From: Octopus vulgaris | Lineage: Eukaryota | Assembly: GCA_951406725.2 (NCBI GenBank) | Contig: OX597819.1 | Span: 106,764,001 to 106,828,000, forward strand | Direction: 5' to 3' | DNA: 64,000 nucleotides | Part shown: piece by piece, positions 39,571-52,654 of the stretch | How the letters are laid out: each line of letters starts with the position of its first letter | Numbering within the stretch: position 1 is the first letter of the stretch | The notes under the pieces: generated by a model | Told to the model about the DNA's origin: nothing | The model's database searches: none | What the model saw: the letters and a program-made list of their open reading frames with translations, nothing else | Made by a program: the position numbers and the translations under genes

Positions 39571-39940
39571 TAGGAGAGACAGAGAGAGAAATATCAAGAT
39601 GTTTTATTGAACAACAAATACATTTTTGTTTTTGCTATATGCAATGTTTAAGGTAGATTTCATGTTCTTTGTTGTACATATTACTATTCTTTACGTAGTT
39701 AAGGCGACGAGTTGGCAGAAGCTTTTGCACATCGGACATACAAATATGCTTAGTCACATGTCGTCTGTCTTGATCTTCTGATTTTAAATGCCGCCAAGGT
39801 CGACTTTGCTGTGCGTCTTTCGGGGTGGATTAAAATTAATTGTGCTATTTGTCCTGGATCCTTTGTCTTCTGAGATCAAACTACGCTGAGATCAACTTTG
39901 CCTTTCATGGTCAACGAAATATTGATCAAGTGTTGAAGTC

Positions 39941-40416
39941 AATATCAGGGTAATAAAGATTTTAGAAAATGTTACTAGCAGTGACCTAGCGCATAGAAAA
40001 ATTAGTTAATAGACTATGTATTATTCATATAAAATGCTGTTTACATTTATACACATTACGAGGTTTCCTTCATAGGAATCCTTTGTCTATATGTTTAATC
40101 ATTATATGTTTAATCTAGTCGTACCCGTTGAAGAAGACTTCGCCAAGCAAATTATTTTATTTGCTAAAATAAGTCAGGAAATAGATGGTAAATGTTTTTA
40201 TTTTTCATTCCCTTCGAGAATTTATACCTAATTAGTTGTTTGAAATTTAGCTGTTCTTTCTAGCGGAAAGGATTCCTATGATGCAAACCTCAACCTCTTA
40301 ATGTGTTTAAATGTACACTGCATTTTATATGAATAATATATAGTCTATTGACTAATCTTCCTATACGCTAGGCCACTGGTAGCAAGCATTTCTAATATCT
40401 TTATTACCCTGATATT
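39941..40416. repeat. Long imperfect inverted repeat (~145-bp arms, 39941-40085 / 40267-40416)
   Basis: aatatcagggtaataaagat...tagacta...tattcatataaaatgc...cataggaatccttt is matched in reverse complement. Confidence 0.85.
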
Positions 40417-40421
40417 ATTAA

Positions 40422-40453
<32 letters not shown>

Positions 40454-40454
40454 G

Positions 40455-40675
40455 AGTCGCCATGATAGATCGTTAGCCACTACACACATTTTTTCTCTCC
40501 TTGTTTCTCTCCTTGTTTTTTTCTGTGTACCTTTCTGTAGAAGAGCGTAGGCTCGAAACGTAAAAAACTTTTTCTATTCCTGAGCGTTATACTAATACAT
40601 CTGTTTGTTTTGTACACCACATGCCCTCGTCTTTTGTTTTTTTCGTAAACTTTTCCTATATATATATATATAATG

Positions 40676-40706
<31 letters not shown>

Positions 40707-40843
40707 GTATGTATGTATGTATATAGTTAATCCAAATATGAACAAATTGGAAACACAACAATGCGAGGACATGGAACAAGTATAGTGTTATTGGACACTC
40801 AAGAAAGGAAAGAAAGAATGAGGATTTAACGTTTCGAGCGGAG
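40455..40843. mobile_element. Two convergent Penelope-like pseudo-LTR fragments separated by a microsatellite
   Basis: 40500-40650 (+) resembles 10800-10990, with a hammerhead-like motif at 40531-40566. 40730-40843 (-) carries the half motif gctc-GAAAC-GTT-aaa. Confidence 0.6.
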
Positions 40844-40844
40844 A

Positions 40845-41405
40845 CTTGAGCAGTCATAGGTGGTAACAATTCAAAGTGAAATGATTCTTTACAATCCCAC
40901 CAGATAGAGAGAAGAGCTTTTTCCCATGAAGTTCCCTTCTCAGTTGTGGTCGAGCTTTTTACCTTTTACCAAGCCACTGTTTACAACGTTTAACATTTCG
41001 ATAGAAGATCCATTTTTCGTCACCAGTCACAATCTATCCAGAAAGGGTGGAATGATTTCGCGAAAATGGAGAGAAGAGCAGATGTAAACTTGGGATCAGC
41101 GATCGGTTTCGAACAATTCATGAGGCACCCACTTTCCAAATTTTAGGAACTTTTCCAAGTTGTTGAAGATGACGTTTGACAGTTATATGGTTTGAACTAA
41201 ACTTTACTGCCAATTCTTCAACTGATGATATAGGATTTTCTTCAAGTAATGCCTCAAGGAGCTTATCATCAAACTCAACTGGACGTTCTGTTCGATCTTC
41301 ATCTTCAAGGTTGAAATTTCCACTTCTGAATTTTGCAAGCCATCTTCTGCAAGTTCTTTCATTCAAGCATTCTTTCCCATAAACTGAGTGTATGTTCCGA
41401 GTCGC
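40845..41405 (-). mobile_element. Mariner transposase N-terminal fragment (Mos1/Hsmar1-like)
   Basis: RTCRRWLAKFRSGNFNLEDEDR.ERP..., KWVPHEL after a frameshift, and IVTGDEKWIFY. Confidence 0.85.
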
Positions 41406-42170
41406 TTATGGAATGACCTGATACTTGACAAACGATATTCATATTTCCATTCTCCGTAACCTAGCAGTTTGGCAAAGAGTTGCGATAGACTTTACCAAAT
41501 AAGTCATGAACTTGCTCAGTTCCCCTAAAACTCTGTAAAGCAATACTCCAGCATCTCCGCAGTCCAATGACTTAAACAACCAAGATAAAAAATATTTATT
41601 CATCAAATTAACTTTCTTTAAGTCTAATATTTTGGTCTGTAGATACTCGATCCTTGGTTTACATCGACAAAACATTGGATCGTTTAGGCTTTTCATTTTA
41701 ATCAAGCCTTTCAATAGATGTTTTAGTGTTAAATATTAGATTTCTACCTCAGATTTCGGTAGTGTTATTCTAAGTAGACACATTACTATAATTATATTTA
41801 TCTCTATCCTGCTAATTCATTTAGCGCCGGATTAAGAATATTATGACTGTTAATTACTAACGTAGCTAGAAACTGAGGCCAGTTACCCTACTTTCTGCAA
41901 TTACTTCTTAGTTATTTAATTAAATGCGTCTGATTGCATCTGTTCATAAAATTAGTGTGCGGCGTAATTTGTCGTGTTGATTGATCTTTCAATTATTGTG
42001 AGACCTCACACTATCGAATGCTCATATAAATTTATATATATATGAAGGAAGAATACATCAAGAAATAAGAAATAATCAGACAGCGGAACTTGCGCGAAAT
42101 ATACGTGGATGACAAATTTAAAGAATGTAATAGGATTTTCCAGGTCTTTTGCTTGATCAAAATCACCTTA

Positions 42171-42615
42171 AACATTTTTGGGTACTATGGCAACACAGCA
42201 TGACGCAGAAATATTAAATTTTTTTTTATAGAAATAAAGCGTAAATGAGATATTAATGGCGACCGAATAAGTATATATATATATATATATATATAAATAT
42301 ATATGTAGGTTCTTAACCAGTATCACATACCAATTTAGTCTATCCTAAAATATATGTAGCCCTGTTTATAGTTGATCATCTGCAACATACAGCACCAAGC
42401 AAAAAGAAAATGGTGCCTGTTTCCTCCGATAGCGATTATACTTTGTATTCGGTCGCCTTTAATATCTCATTTACGCTTTATTGCTATAAAAAATATTTTA
42501 GCCAGCAGCTATGTTTTGTCTTCGTTTTTGTGCCTTCTAGTTGTTTGTTGGTTTTGGAGACATTTAAAAAATATTTCTGCATCATGCTATGTTGCCATAG
42601 TACCCAATAATGTTT
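42171..42615. repeat. Inverted repeat with ~105-bp arms; the right arm has a ~70-bp extra segment
   Basis: 42171-42276 vs 42437-42495 plus 42568-42615 (gggtactatggcaaca / tgttgccatagtaccc; aataaagcgtaaatgagatatta / taatatctcatttacgctttatt). Confidence 0.85.
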
Positions 42616-43308
42616 CAACTGAATTATTCCTTGCTTTCATAATTCTGTTCTTGGTTGTTCCTCTGGTGCTCACAACTCCGCCCGGTACACTTCTGTTCCA
42701 CTTCTGCTCCTTCTCCTTTCTGATTTTGAATTTAAATTTTGCTTTAACAAAGTCAGTTTATAATATTAGTTGGTGCTCCAGTGATACACACGTATCGCGA
42801 AGTATTCTGTCACTTTACTAAAAGGTTTTACTTAGAGCAGGCAAGGTAAGTGTTGACATTTCTCTACATCAGGAAACGGTTTGAATAATGAGAAGCGCAA
42901 CATAAAGTAAAGAGTTAGGGTTATTAACTGCATCGTTGGTCTCTCGTTTCTTGTCTTTTTCTTTTAAACTAATATATGTGGTTAGTAAGTGCAGAAAAGG
43001 AAATAATGAGATATATAGGGATTACTCACGTATTGGCAAGCTCATTACACCGTTCAAGTACAGCAGAGCCATTTCGGATGAGAAGCAGTTATACCCGCAG
43101 AAACACAAACTATGATAACATCAAGGATAATGTGAACATCTAGTAGTAACACAATGTGTTGAAACGGAAATTTTTTGAAGTCTTTCAGCTGTGAAAAAAT
43201 CTAGAAAGACAATAAAGAGGATAAGCTTCACTAATGGAGACTACCTTTGCTTGAATTCACGAAAGCAGAACGTTCATCCTCTACCTTGATACCCTTCCAC
43301 TTTTACAC

Positions 43309-43383
<75 letters not shown>

Positions 43384-43568
43384 CAGCAGCAGCAGCAGCG
43401 GTATTAGTATTAGTATTATTAAGATGGCGAACTCACAGTGCCGTTAGTGTGCTGGACGAAGGGGTCAATAAATAAAATACCAGTCACGTACTGGTATCGA
43501 TGTGATCAATTGTCCCTCTCACCAAAGAATTTCAGGTATTGTACCTATAGTGGAAAGGAATATTATTA

Positions 43569-43768
43569 AGGCGGCGAACTGGTAGAATATTTAGCACGCT
43601 TAGCGTTATTTCACCCATCGCTACGTTCTGAGTTCAAATTCCGCCGAGGTTGACTTTGCCTTTCATCCTTCGGGGTCGATGAAATAAGTAACCGTTACAT
43701 AGTTGGGTCGATGTAATCGACTTATCCCCTCCCCCAAAATTTCGGGCCTTATGCCTACGATAGAAAGG

Positions 43769-43810
<42 letters not shown>
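43569..43810 (+). mobile_element. SINE family A, near full length with (ATT)n tail; a deleted copy lies directly upstream at ~43420-43562
   Basis: ggcggcgaactggtagaat...acgttctgagttcaaattccgccgagg...tagaaaggattattatt. Confidence 0.85.
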
Positions 43811-43811
<1 letters not shown>

Positions 43812-43959
43812 TTCTTTCAAATTTGCTTCCATTTCTTGCCGAGTGTCTTCCCGACTCCTAGGGCAAAGAAACTCATAGTATACATCGGTAGGCCGTTACA
43901 CCAAACTCAATAGTTCGTTCATTTTTTTTTTTTTTTTTCAAGTTAAATTAAAATACGAA

Positions 43960-44632
43960 GGTTTTCGAAAAATTTTTGGGTAAAATTTGTTGGTCAAAAT
44001 TTTTTCGGTGAAAATTTTCGAAAAATTTCTGGTTAAAATTTTCGGCAAAAATTTTTGGGTAAAATTTTCGGTGAAAATTTTCAGAAAATTTTGGTAAAAA
44101 TTTTCGAAACATTTTCGAAACATTTGGAAAAATTTTCGGTGAACATTTTCGAAAAATATTTGGGAACAATTTTCGGTGAAAATTTTTGAAAAATTTTTGG
44201 GTAAAATACTCTGTGAAAATTTCCAGATAATTTTTATTTTCGAAAAGTATTTGGGTAAAATTTTCTGTGAACATCTTCGAAAAATTTTTGGTTAAAATTT
44301 TCGGAAAAAATATTTGGGTAAAATTTTCGGTGAAAATTTTCATAAAATTTTTGGTTAAAATTTTCTGCGAAAATTTTCGAAAAATTTTTGGGTAAAATTT
44401 TCGAAAAATTGTCGCTGAAAATTTTTTTGATAAAATTTTCGGTGAACATTTTCGAAAAAGTTTTGGGTAAAATTTTCGCGAAAATTTTCGAAAAATTTTG
44501 TGGGGATATTTTCGGTGAAAATTTTCGAAAAATTTTTGGGTAAAATTTTCCAAAAATTTTTGGGTAGAATTTTCGGTAAAAATTCTCAGAAAATTTTTGG
44601 GTAAAATTTTCGGTGAAAATTTTCGAAAAATA
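43960..44632. repeat. AAAATTTT-based palindromic minisatellite, array 1
   Basis: Subunits of about 11-14 bp (aaaattttcggtg, aaaattttcga, aaaatttttgggt) repeated in tandem. Confidence 0.95.
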
Positions 44633-44879
44633 TTTATATATATATATATATACACACTTACATACACACACACACATATGTATATGCATCTTAACTGACC
44701 TAGTTTATATTCCTTTCACATTCCACAACCCAGCATAATATCTTAAATATCTGAATAACTAAAATCATAACATGAAACTGAACAACCCAAAAATAAAATA
44801 CATTACAAGAACTGTACTTCCAAGGAAGATAATACGATAGAACACTTAAAAGAATCTTGAATTTTTGCAAGATTATTTT

Positions 44880-45253
44880 ATTCACTTAGTTTTACATGTC
44901 TATATATTTTATCGCTTTCACAGTATTCTCCATTTGAAGCACTGCATCGGTCCAAACGCGTTTTCTACTGTTCGAAACACGCCAGGATCTCTTGCGATGC
45001 AATAACTTTTAACGCCTCTGTCGTATTTTGCTTCGCCTTTCCACATCTGCAAAACGATTTCCTTTAATGACTTTTTTCACTCGGCGCACAAAATAAAAGT
45101 CGCACAGAGCAAGATCGGATGAATAAGGAGCGTAGGTAAGCAGAGTCATGCCATTTTTAGTCAAAAACTGTTTCAAATTCAATGCAGTTTGCACAGGTGC
45201 ATTGTCGTCATGAAACCACCGATTTTCCCTTTGCTCAGGTGTTTTCGTCTCAG
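44880..45253 (-). mobile_element. Mariner transposase C-terminal fragment
   Basis: WFHDDNAPVQTA...YAPYSSDLALCDFYFVRRVKKVIKGNRFADVE. Confidence 0.85.
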
Positions 45254-45836
45254 TAAGTATTTGGGTAAAATTTTCGGTGAACATTTTCGAAAAATTTTTG
45301 GTTAAAATTTTCTGCAAAAGTTTTTGGGCAAAATTTTCGGTGAAAATTTTTTTGTAAAATTTTCGGTGAACATTCTCGAAAAAGTTTTGGGTAAAATTTT
45401 CGCGAAAATTTTCGAAAAATTTTGTGGGGATATTTTCGGTGAAAATTTTCGAAAAATTTTTGGGTAAAATTTTCAGTGAAAATTTTCGAAAAATCTTTGG
45501 GTAAAATTTTCGAAAAATTTTTGTGGAAAATTTTCGGTGAAAATTTTCGAAAAGTTTTGGGTGAATATTTTCGAAAAATTTTTGGTGAAAATTTTCGAAA
45601 AATATTTGGGAAAAATTTTCGGTGAACATTTTCGAAAAATTTTTGGGTAAAATTTTCGGTGAAAATTTTGAAAAATCTTTGGGTAAAATTTCTCTGAAAA
45701 TTTCCAGATAATTTTTGGGGAAAATGTTCGGTGAAAATTTTTGAAAAATTTGTGGTGAAAATTTTCGAAAAGTATTAGGGTAAAATTTTCTGTGAACATT
45801 TTCGAAAAATTTTTGGTTAAAATTTTCGGCAAAAAT
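45254..45836. repeat. AAAATTTT-based palindromic minisatellite, array 2
   Basis: Same subunits and orientation as array 1. Confidence 0.95.
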
Positions 45837-46968
45837 TATTATTATAATAATAATAATAATAATAATAATAATTATTATTATTATTATTTGTAGTAGTAGT
45901 AGTATAAAACATTTATTAAAGTATGAATATGAATAGTGTAAACTTGCGCTAACAGCGGACATTCTGTGTTAGATAAACATTCCGATCTGAATTAGAACTC
46001 CATCGAGACTTTTTTCCTCTTTATTGTGAATTTATTTCATATTTACAACGCTGCATACTTTTTAGTTTTGAATTATCTCAGATGACTGCAAAACAGACAG
46101 ACCACTAAGTGGTGTAAACGTATAGGGAAATGTGTACGACAGCTTCTTACCTCCAAGTGAACTTAGCAGCGATCAAGACAGATAAAGTCTTAACATCAGA
46201 AATGAAAATGTTATACTTGAAGTTGTCTAAAACAGATATAGAATTTACAATGATACTCAGTGCTTGATATGAATTAATTCAATATTTATGTCTCTGCGGT
46301 ATCAATGGATTTAATGACCCGTAATCGTGTTTGTTCTCCAAAACAATGATTAGTTTTCTCTTACATTTAAGCTTTAGTTACGGTATCTGTTAAGCATCTA
46401 AATATATAAATATTGATATAAACAATTTTCTAATGAATAATAATTAAAACATTTCTTTTGGGCCGTTCGATTTAAAAGTCTTGATTTTATCGTGAACGTT
46501 ATGAACCAGAGTTGAGTCAGTGCTTACATTAGTAATGTAGAAAAAGAAATTTCAATTAATTAAAATTTGCAGTGCGGACAGGGCAGCAGAGACTCACTGA
46601 TTATTGTTAATTAACTCTGGTCAAGGTAATCGCGTGACACCTCAGAAAATATTAATTAATCAAGATTTCATGAAGACATGCATCGACAAATGCATGTGGA
46701 AAGCATGATGGAAGTACATCTTTAGCATAGCTAGGACTACATGCAGAAGCCTGGTCTGATAATTAAGATGAGAAATTGCTAACGGGAATAATCCGCAAGA
46801 AGCGCAATTGTTTAGGGAGCTCTGACATGCTTACTCAATTCAATTGATAAAAATCAAAATAATTAAAATTAACATGACAGTGAGAAGAAAACATCTACTT
46901 AAAGACTAATGTCATTCAAATGCGGTGATAAAAAGCCTGTTTACTGAAAAGAATTAAGGAAACATTTT

Positions 46969-47401
46969 GGATCTTTTCGATTTGAACGGCAGTTTTTAAC
47001 CTAATTTCTAGGTAACTAAAAAATGTTAAACTTCGTATACTGGTAGAATGTGATTATAAAACATCTGTTTCTCTTGGCTTTATTGAGAAAATTCTATAGT
47101 TTGTAAGATATTTGGTCTCTAATTTCTTGCATTTCGGCAATTTCAACCAACCAATGACCGTCTATTGAGGTAAAAACATTCTGTGCCGTATGAATATGTC
47201 CCTCGTTTAAGAAAAATATTGGGTTTATTTACATTTGTGAAGAAAAAAAGGTACCCTTACCCCCACCCCTAAGCCCAACCCTAACCAACCCTAACCGTAA
47301 AACAGATTGAAATGCAATAGATCGATACTAGGGTCATAATTATGGGTGACAATTTCATATGACACCGCTAGAAAAAACTGCCGTTCAAACCGAAAAGATC
47401 C
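46969..47401. mobile_element. MITE, 433 bp, with 29-bp TIRs and an 8-bp TSD (Merlin-like)
   Basis: ggatcttttcgatttgaacggcagttttt / aaaaactgccgttcaaaccgaaaagatcc (1 mismatch). Exact TSD aacatttt at 46961-46968 and 47402-47409. The superfamily is inferred from the GG termini plus the 8-bp TSD. Confidence 0.85.
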
Positions 47402-47848
47402 AACATTTTACCCATTTTACCAATTGCTATAGACGTCAATACTACTCCTCGATCGTATACATTTATTTACTTACAATATTCCCAATACAAATAATAACTA
47501 ATAAATATAATAGAGTTGTCCCGTTTGCTCTGATATTTTATTTAGATTATATTCCTACTCTTCTTCGCAACAAACCTAATTCTCAGTAAATGCAATTTGT
47601 TCACCATATGAATACGTTAACACTCACTCATATGTTGTATTTCAAAAAGGAAGGCGTCTGTAAAGTAATTTCCCTCAACAGTATTATGAGCTGTCTGTTA
47701 TCAGTAATAAGCTTCCGATATATATTTGTGTTATTCTGTGTGTTTTAGCACTCTCTCAACTATTGTATTTCATGAGGAAGACGTGGCGAAGTAATCTCCC
47801 ACAGTAATTTTACGGAACGTATTGTCACAATAATACGTTTACGATCTG

Positions 47849-47905
<57 letters not shown>

Positions 47906-48021
47906 ATGCCCGATGTCTGTCTGTTTGTCTGTTTCTCTAAGTGGTGAATCACTTAGCGTTTATTTATTGATATATAATTTCTACAAATATATTTTGACAC
48001 ACATATTATTACTTCGATTAT

Positions 48022-48252
48022 AGGGCAGCGAGCTGGCAGAATCGTTAGCGCGCCGGGTGAAATGCTTAACGGTATTTCGTCTGCGGCTACGTTCTGAGTT
48101 CAAATTCCGCTGAGGTCGATTTTACCTTTCATTCTTTCGGGATCGTTTAAATAAGTACCAGTTACGCACTGGAGTCGATATAATCGACTTAATCCGTTTG
48201 TCTGTCATTGTTTGTCCCCTCGCTGTTTAGCCTCCTGTTGGCAATAAAGAAA
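48022..48252 (+). mobile_element. SINE family A, full length
   Basis: ggcagcgagctggcagaatcgttagcgcgccggg...gttctgagttcaaattccg...gcaataaagaaa. Confidence 0.85.
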
Positions 48253-48439
48253 TATATTAATACTTCGTTTATTAACACCTTTATACACAGTATATTGTTA
48301 TGTGTGTGTGTTTGTGTGTGTATTCTTTCGGATCTTCAAATTTCTGTAACATTCGCATCACATTTATATTAGCCAATTTATGCAGTTTTAAATATACTGG
48401 TAGAAACGCCTTATCTGGTGTTTCACATCTAGTTAAAAT

Positions 48440-49465
48440 GAGATTTACTTAGATAACTTAGGTTGGTTTCGGCTATTATAGACCCAGGCCTTGACTAATT
48501 TAATAGCACCACCTGGAAAAGTCTCTTAATTAATTATTTCGGGACACCATGGATCAGAGAGTTGATGTTGGCTGAAACGTATCTAGGTGTAGGTAGTTTA
48601 TCCAGTATTACATGGAGGAATTTGTCCAGGCACCGTTTGAAAGGTTTGGGGTCTTTTTCTACTTTAATTACTTTTGAGATAACATTGAAAAGCGCAGGAG
48701 CATTTGTAGTGAAAAAATTGTGTCGCAATGTTCTTATGTGATGTGATCTCTGCCTTTATAGGGGATACATTGCACGGGGGCCTAGTCTTGAGGGAATTGT
48801 AAACATAATACTGATATAATTTGGATAATATTAGTAGAATATTTTCTACATGGTGCAAATAATGTTTCGCTCATGGCGGCGTTGTAGAGAACAGCGTTCC
48901 AGCCCACTAATCAAGTCCCGTCGTGCCATTTATTTTTTTAGTGATTGATGTTTGTAGCGCTTCGACCCACATTATGTTTCTTTTGTGTTTTTTTTTTTTT
49001 TGTAGTGAGACCACAATGGACAGCAGTATTCCAGGCGGGGCCTAGCGAATGTGGAGAGAGAAGGATGATGGTATCATGATCCCCAGATTGAAAAGCTCTG
49101 AGGATCCGTGAGCACATTCTGCCGGCAGCATCGGCTTCTTTGTTGATGTGCACACTCCAGTTATGGTTGCTGTCGACAGTTACACCTAAGTCTCTGATAT
49201 TATCCGACAGTTGAAGTAAGTCTCCTGACGATAGTGTATATGGTTGTTTGGGTGTGCCTTTTTTCAAAACTGGATGAGTTCAAATTTTTCTTCGCTCAGC
49301 TGCATATTGTTTTTTTTGTTTTTTGTGCCCACTGGATTACTGCGCATAGGTCTGACTGTAGCATCGTTCGACCATATGCTCCCGTAATGAATTTCTGAAG
49401 CGTAGAGTCATCTGCAAATATTTTAACGGTACTATGTTCAATGGAATCTGCAAATATCTACTTTC
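48440..49465 (-). mobile_element. CR1-like LINE, 5'-truncated RT C-terminal region
   Basis: Minus strand IFADDSTL, IRDLGVTVDSNHNWSVHI, LEYCCPLW, APALFN...FKRCLDKFL. Confidence 0.85.
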
Positions 49466-51416
49466 TTAGATATCAAACGCATCTCAAATTAAAGTTTGTT
49501 TCTAATGTTTAACTAGAAATAGGCCCTCATCTCTGAGCCCTGATAATCGTATTATAGGTGTAAAGCCTGAAATTTTGTAGGATGATGCCACTCCATAACA
49601 TCGACACTATTGCTCAACTGACACTTGCTATATTGATATCAAAAGGATGAAAAACAAAGTCGATCAAGGTGGAATTCCATCTCAAGTAATAAGGACACGA
49701 GAAATATGCGAAGAATCTTGTCCGGCTTGCAAACGATTCTATTAGTCCACCGCCTTTTACGCACCTATAATGAAAGATGTTCCATCCCTATCTTCTGTAG
49801 GTCGGGTCAAAAATTAAACGCTCTTTGTCGAGCTGTAAGGGAAGACCACAAATGTTTTTGTCAACTTACGTTTGCTAAATATTATTTGGTACTTATACAG
49901 CAGGCTGACCACACAAGGCCATAAATTCTGATCGTATACCGGTTTCATTTAAATTGTATACTTCCATAACATCCATTTCTAGTAAGAATTTAGAACCTAC
50001 ATAACATTTTATTACATTTTTATATTTTCATACACCTATTATCTTTTCATACTTTCAGTTATTGATAGGATTTGTCGAAAAAGTCGACCCTAGTACTATT
50101 GTTATTTAAGCCTGGTACTTATTCTAACGCTATCTTTCAGCAGCGAACTGTTGTTAGGAGGACGTACACCTGTCAACACCAATTTTCAAGTAGTGGTGGG
50201 AATTGTTAGAAACAAAGATAAACACACATACACATATATATAAACACAAAACAATGGAGACGTATTCATTAGGTATTGGCTACGTGCGTTTCAAATAGAA
50301 AATCATACCTCGAAGTGCAGCAAATTCACAATTCACATCATATGCGCTTTTAATCGATCTTATATTTGATCTATTTAAATGTTATACCACTACTCAAATG
50401 GTGATATAATTTTGATAAGAATATTCTGCGACTATATACTGAATTTAAACTGGACTGTTTGAACTTTCGATTAGACTGGTAGCAGAAAGAGTGAATTTAA
50501 AACCTACGTGAATTACTGTGGCATTTGCTGGGCAATATGTTTAGCCGAATTTGATGCTTACAGAGTTTATAAAGTACTCACAAGGATAATTTAAACACTT
50601 TTATTTTCTTATGTGTCTGTGTGTTTGTGTGTCTGTGCATGCGTGCGTGTATGAGTGGTTGGTTTGAATTTCCATCTGCCAAATCCACTCACAAGACTTA
50701 ATTCGACCCGAGGCTATTTTAGAAGACTCTTGCACACGGCACGACGCCAGTGGTCTGAACCCAAATCTAAATTACGTATGTTTGTATAGTTTTCTTTTAT
50801 ATGTAATACGATGTACTTGTTTAATGTTTTTTTAAATCTGTTTTATGCATGACTGTTCTACTTATTATTATCTCCTAAACAATTTATATTATTTCATTTT
50901 TTTTTTGTGTGTGTGTCGTTCTTGTGCCTATTCTCCCGATATTCGTTCAAATATTCGATCTGCTATTATCATATATGTTTAAATGTGCATTTCTTTTACA
51001 ATATTTCAAAACGTTTCTATTCTTTTATTTTTAATGACTTGTAGTTTAACGTGTCCTTTTATATGGCTATTTACATAATTGTTTCTTATTTAATTCCAGG
51101 AGAAATATTGTAGTGAAAACCAATTTAATTTGATGATATTCGGGTGGTTATTAATGGCTTCTCTGTATTTTAGTTTAACGAATACGATTATTCCGTCATT
51201 TACGCCAGCTCATTAAGTTTGCTCCCCAAACAACTTAAGCAAGATACATTTATTAATACTTAATAGTATAATTCTGATTTAAAAGCCACCTCCTCCATTT
51301 TTTCCGAATATTTTAACGTTTTTGAATAATATAAAGCAATATTATCCTCAGATAAGATTTCTAATACAGTTCATAAAATTTTCATGTCTTCTATAATTTA
51401 GAATACATACATACAT

Positions 51417-51458
<42 letters not shown>

Positions 51459-52179
51459 AGAGAGAGAGAGCTGTATAGAGATAGAGATAGAGAGATACAT
51501 GCGCACCTATAGACACACGCATACAAATAAGATTTTACTTCAAAGTAGTCTTCATATTTATGGTGATTAAGTAATAGAAACATTATACTAAATCAAGTAC
51601 AAAGTATAATAATTTACCTATTGAATTATATTGATATAATTCATTGATGAATTACCATGTTTTTGAACAAGAGAAATAATGATCAATTTTGAGCAAATGA
51701 TCGGAAGGTATATACCTACTACACCGTGGAAATGTTACTGAGGCAATAGATGAAACCATTAAATTGTAATTTCTAAAATTGAATCAACGATCGAATCGTT
51801 AAAGAAATTCAATTTGCAATGCGCAATTCCACAAAGAATTTCTCTGAATGGCCCTCAGGCCAATGTCTAGAACAACACCTATGAGGGCACTTGGGTAACC
51901 AAAATTTTAATGATTCTCAATATCTCTCTCTATATCTCCCCCTCTCTCTGTCTCTCTCAGCCTCTCCCTATCTTTCTATCTCTCTATATCTCTTTCTATC
52001 TCTATACATTTCTCTTTTTCTCTCTCTATATATATTTTCTATACACACACACAAACATATATATATAGAGAGAGGAGGGGATGCTAGAGAGAGAATTACA
52101 TATATATAATTCTCTCTATATCTATATATATCTTTCTATATATATATATTTCTCTCTATCTCTCTCTCTCTTTCTCTTC

Positions 52180-52211
<32 letters not shown>

Positions 52212-52654
52212 TCACATATGAACTGAGAGACAAGCAGACAGAGAAAAAACAGACAGATAGATAAATAGACAGAAAAACAGATAGATGAAGAGAAAAAAGA
52301 AAGACACAGAGAAGGAGAGAGAGAAAGAGAGAGAGAAATACAGGACTGTGTATCCGCATATTGCTTACTTAAGTATAGATATTATTATGTAAGTATGAAA
52401 TGTCAAACACGATGTTGCACTAAATTCCAGATAAAATTTAGGAAAAATATTGTATTGAACTGGAATAATTAAAAACAATTTTTTTCATCTGTATCCGAAA
52501 CTCAGACTGACACCTTTGACTGTGATTTCATTTACACGCATGGACACATACCTTCCGACATTGAACCAGACACACACATGTACATACAAACACACATGTT
52601 GATACAGGTGGATGAACAGATAGATAGATAGATAGATAGACACAGTGATAGATA

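Noticed and set aside
43938-45962. Long minus-strand ORFs (241 aa and 317 aa) rich in F/K/I/E/N
   Set aside because: They are translations of the satellite, open in several frames only because the unit rarely contains stops. The 317-aa ORF runs into the mariner fragment by chance.
47262-47300. True telomere or chromosome-fusion scar
   Set aside because: Only a few degenerate units, lying inside a TIR/TSD-bounded MITE.
48022-48110. tRNA gene calls for A/B-box sequences
   Set aside because: They are SINE heads: no convincing cloverleaf, and they continue into repeated SINE bodies.
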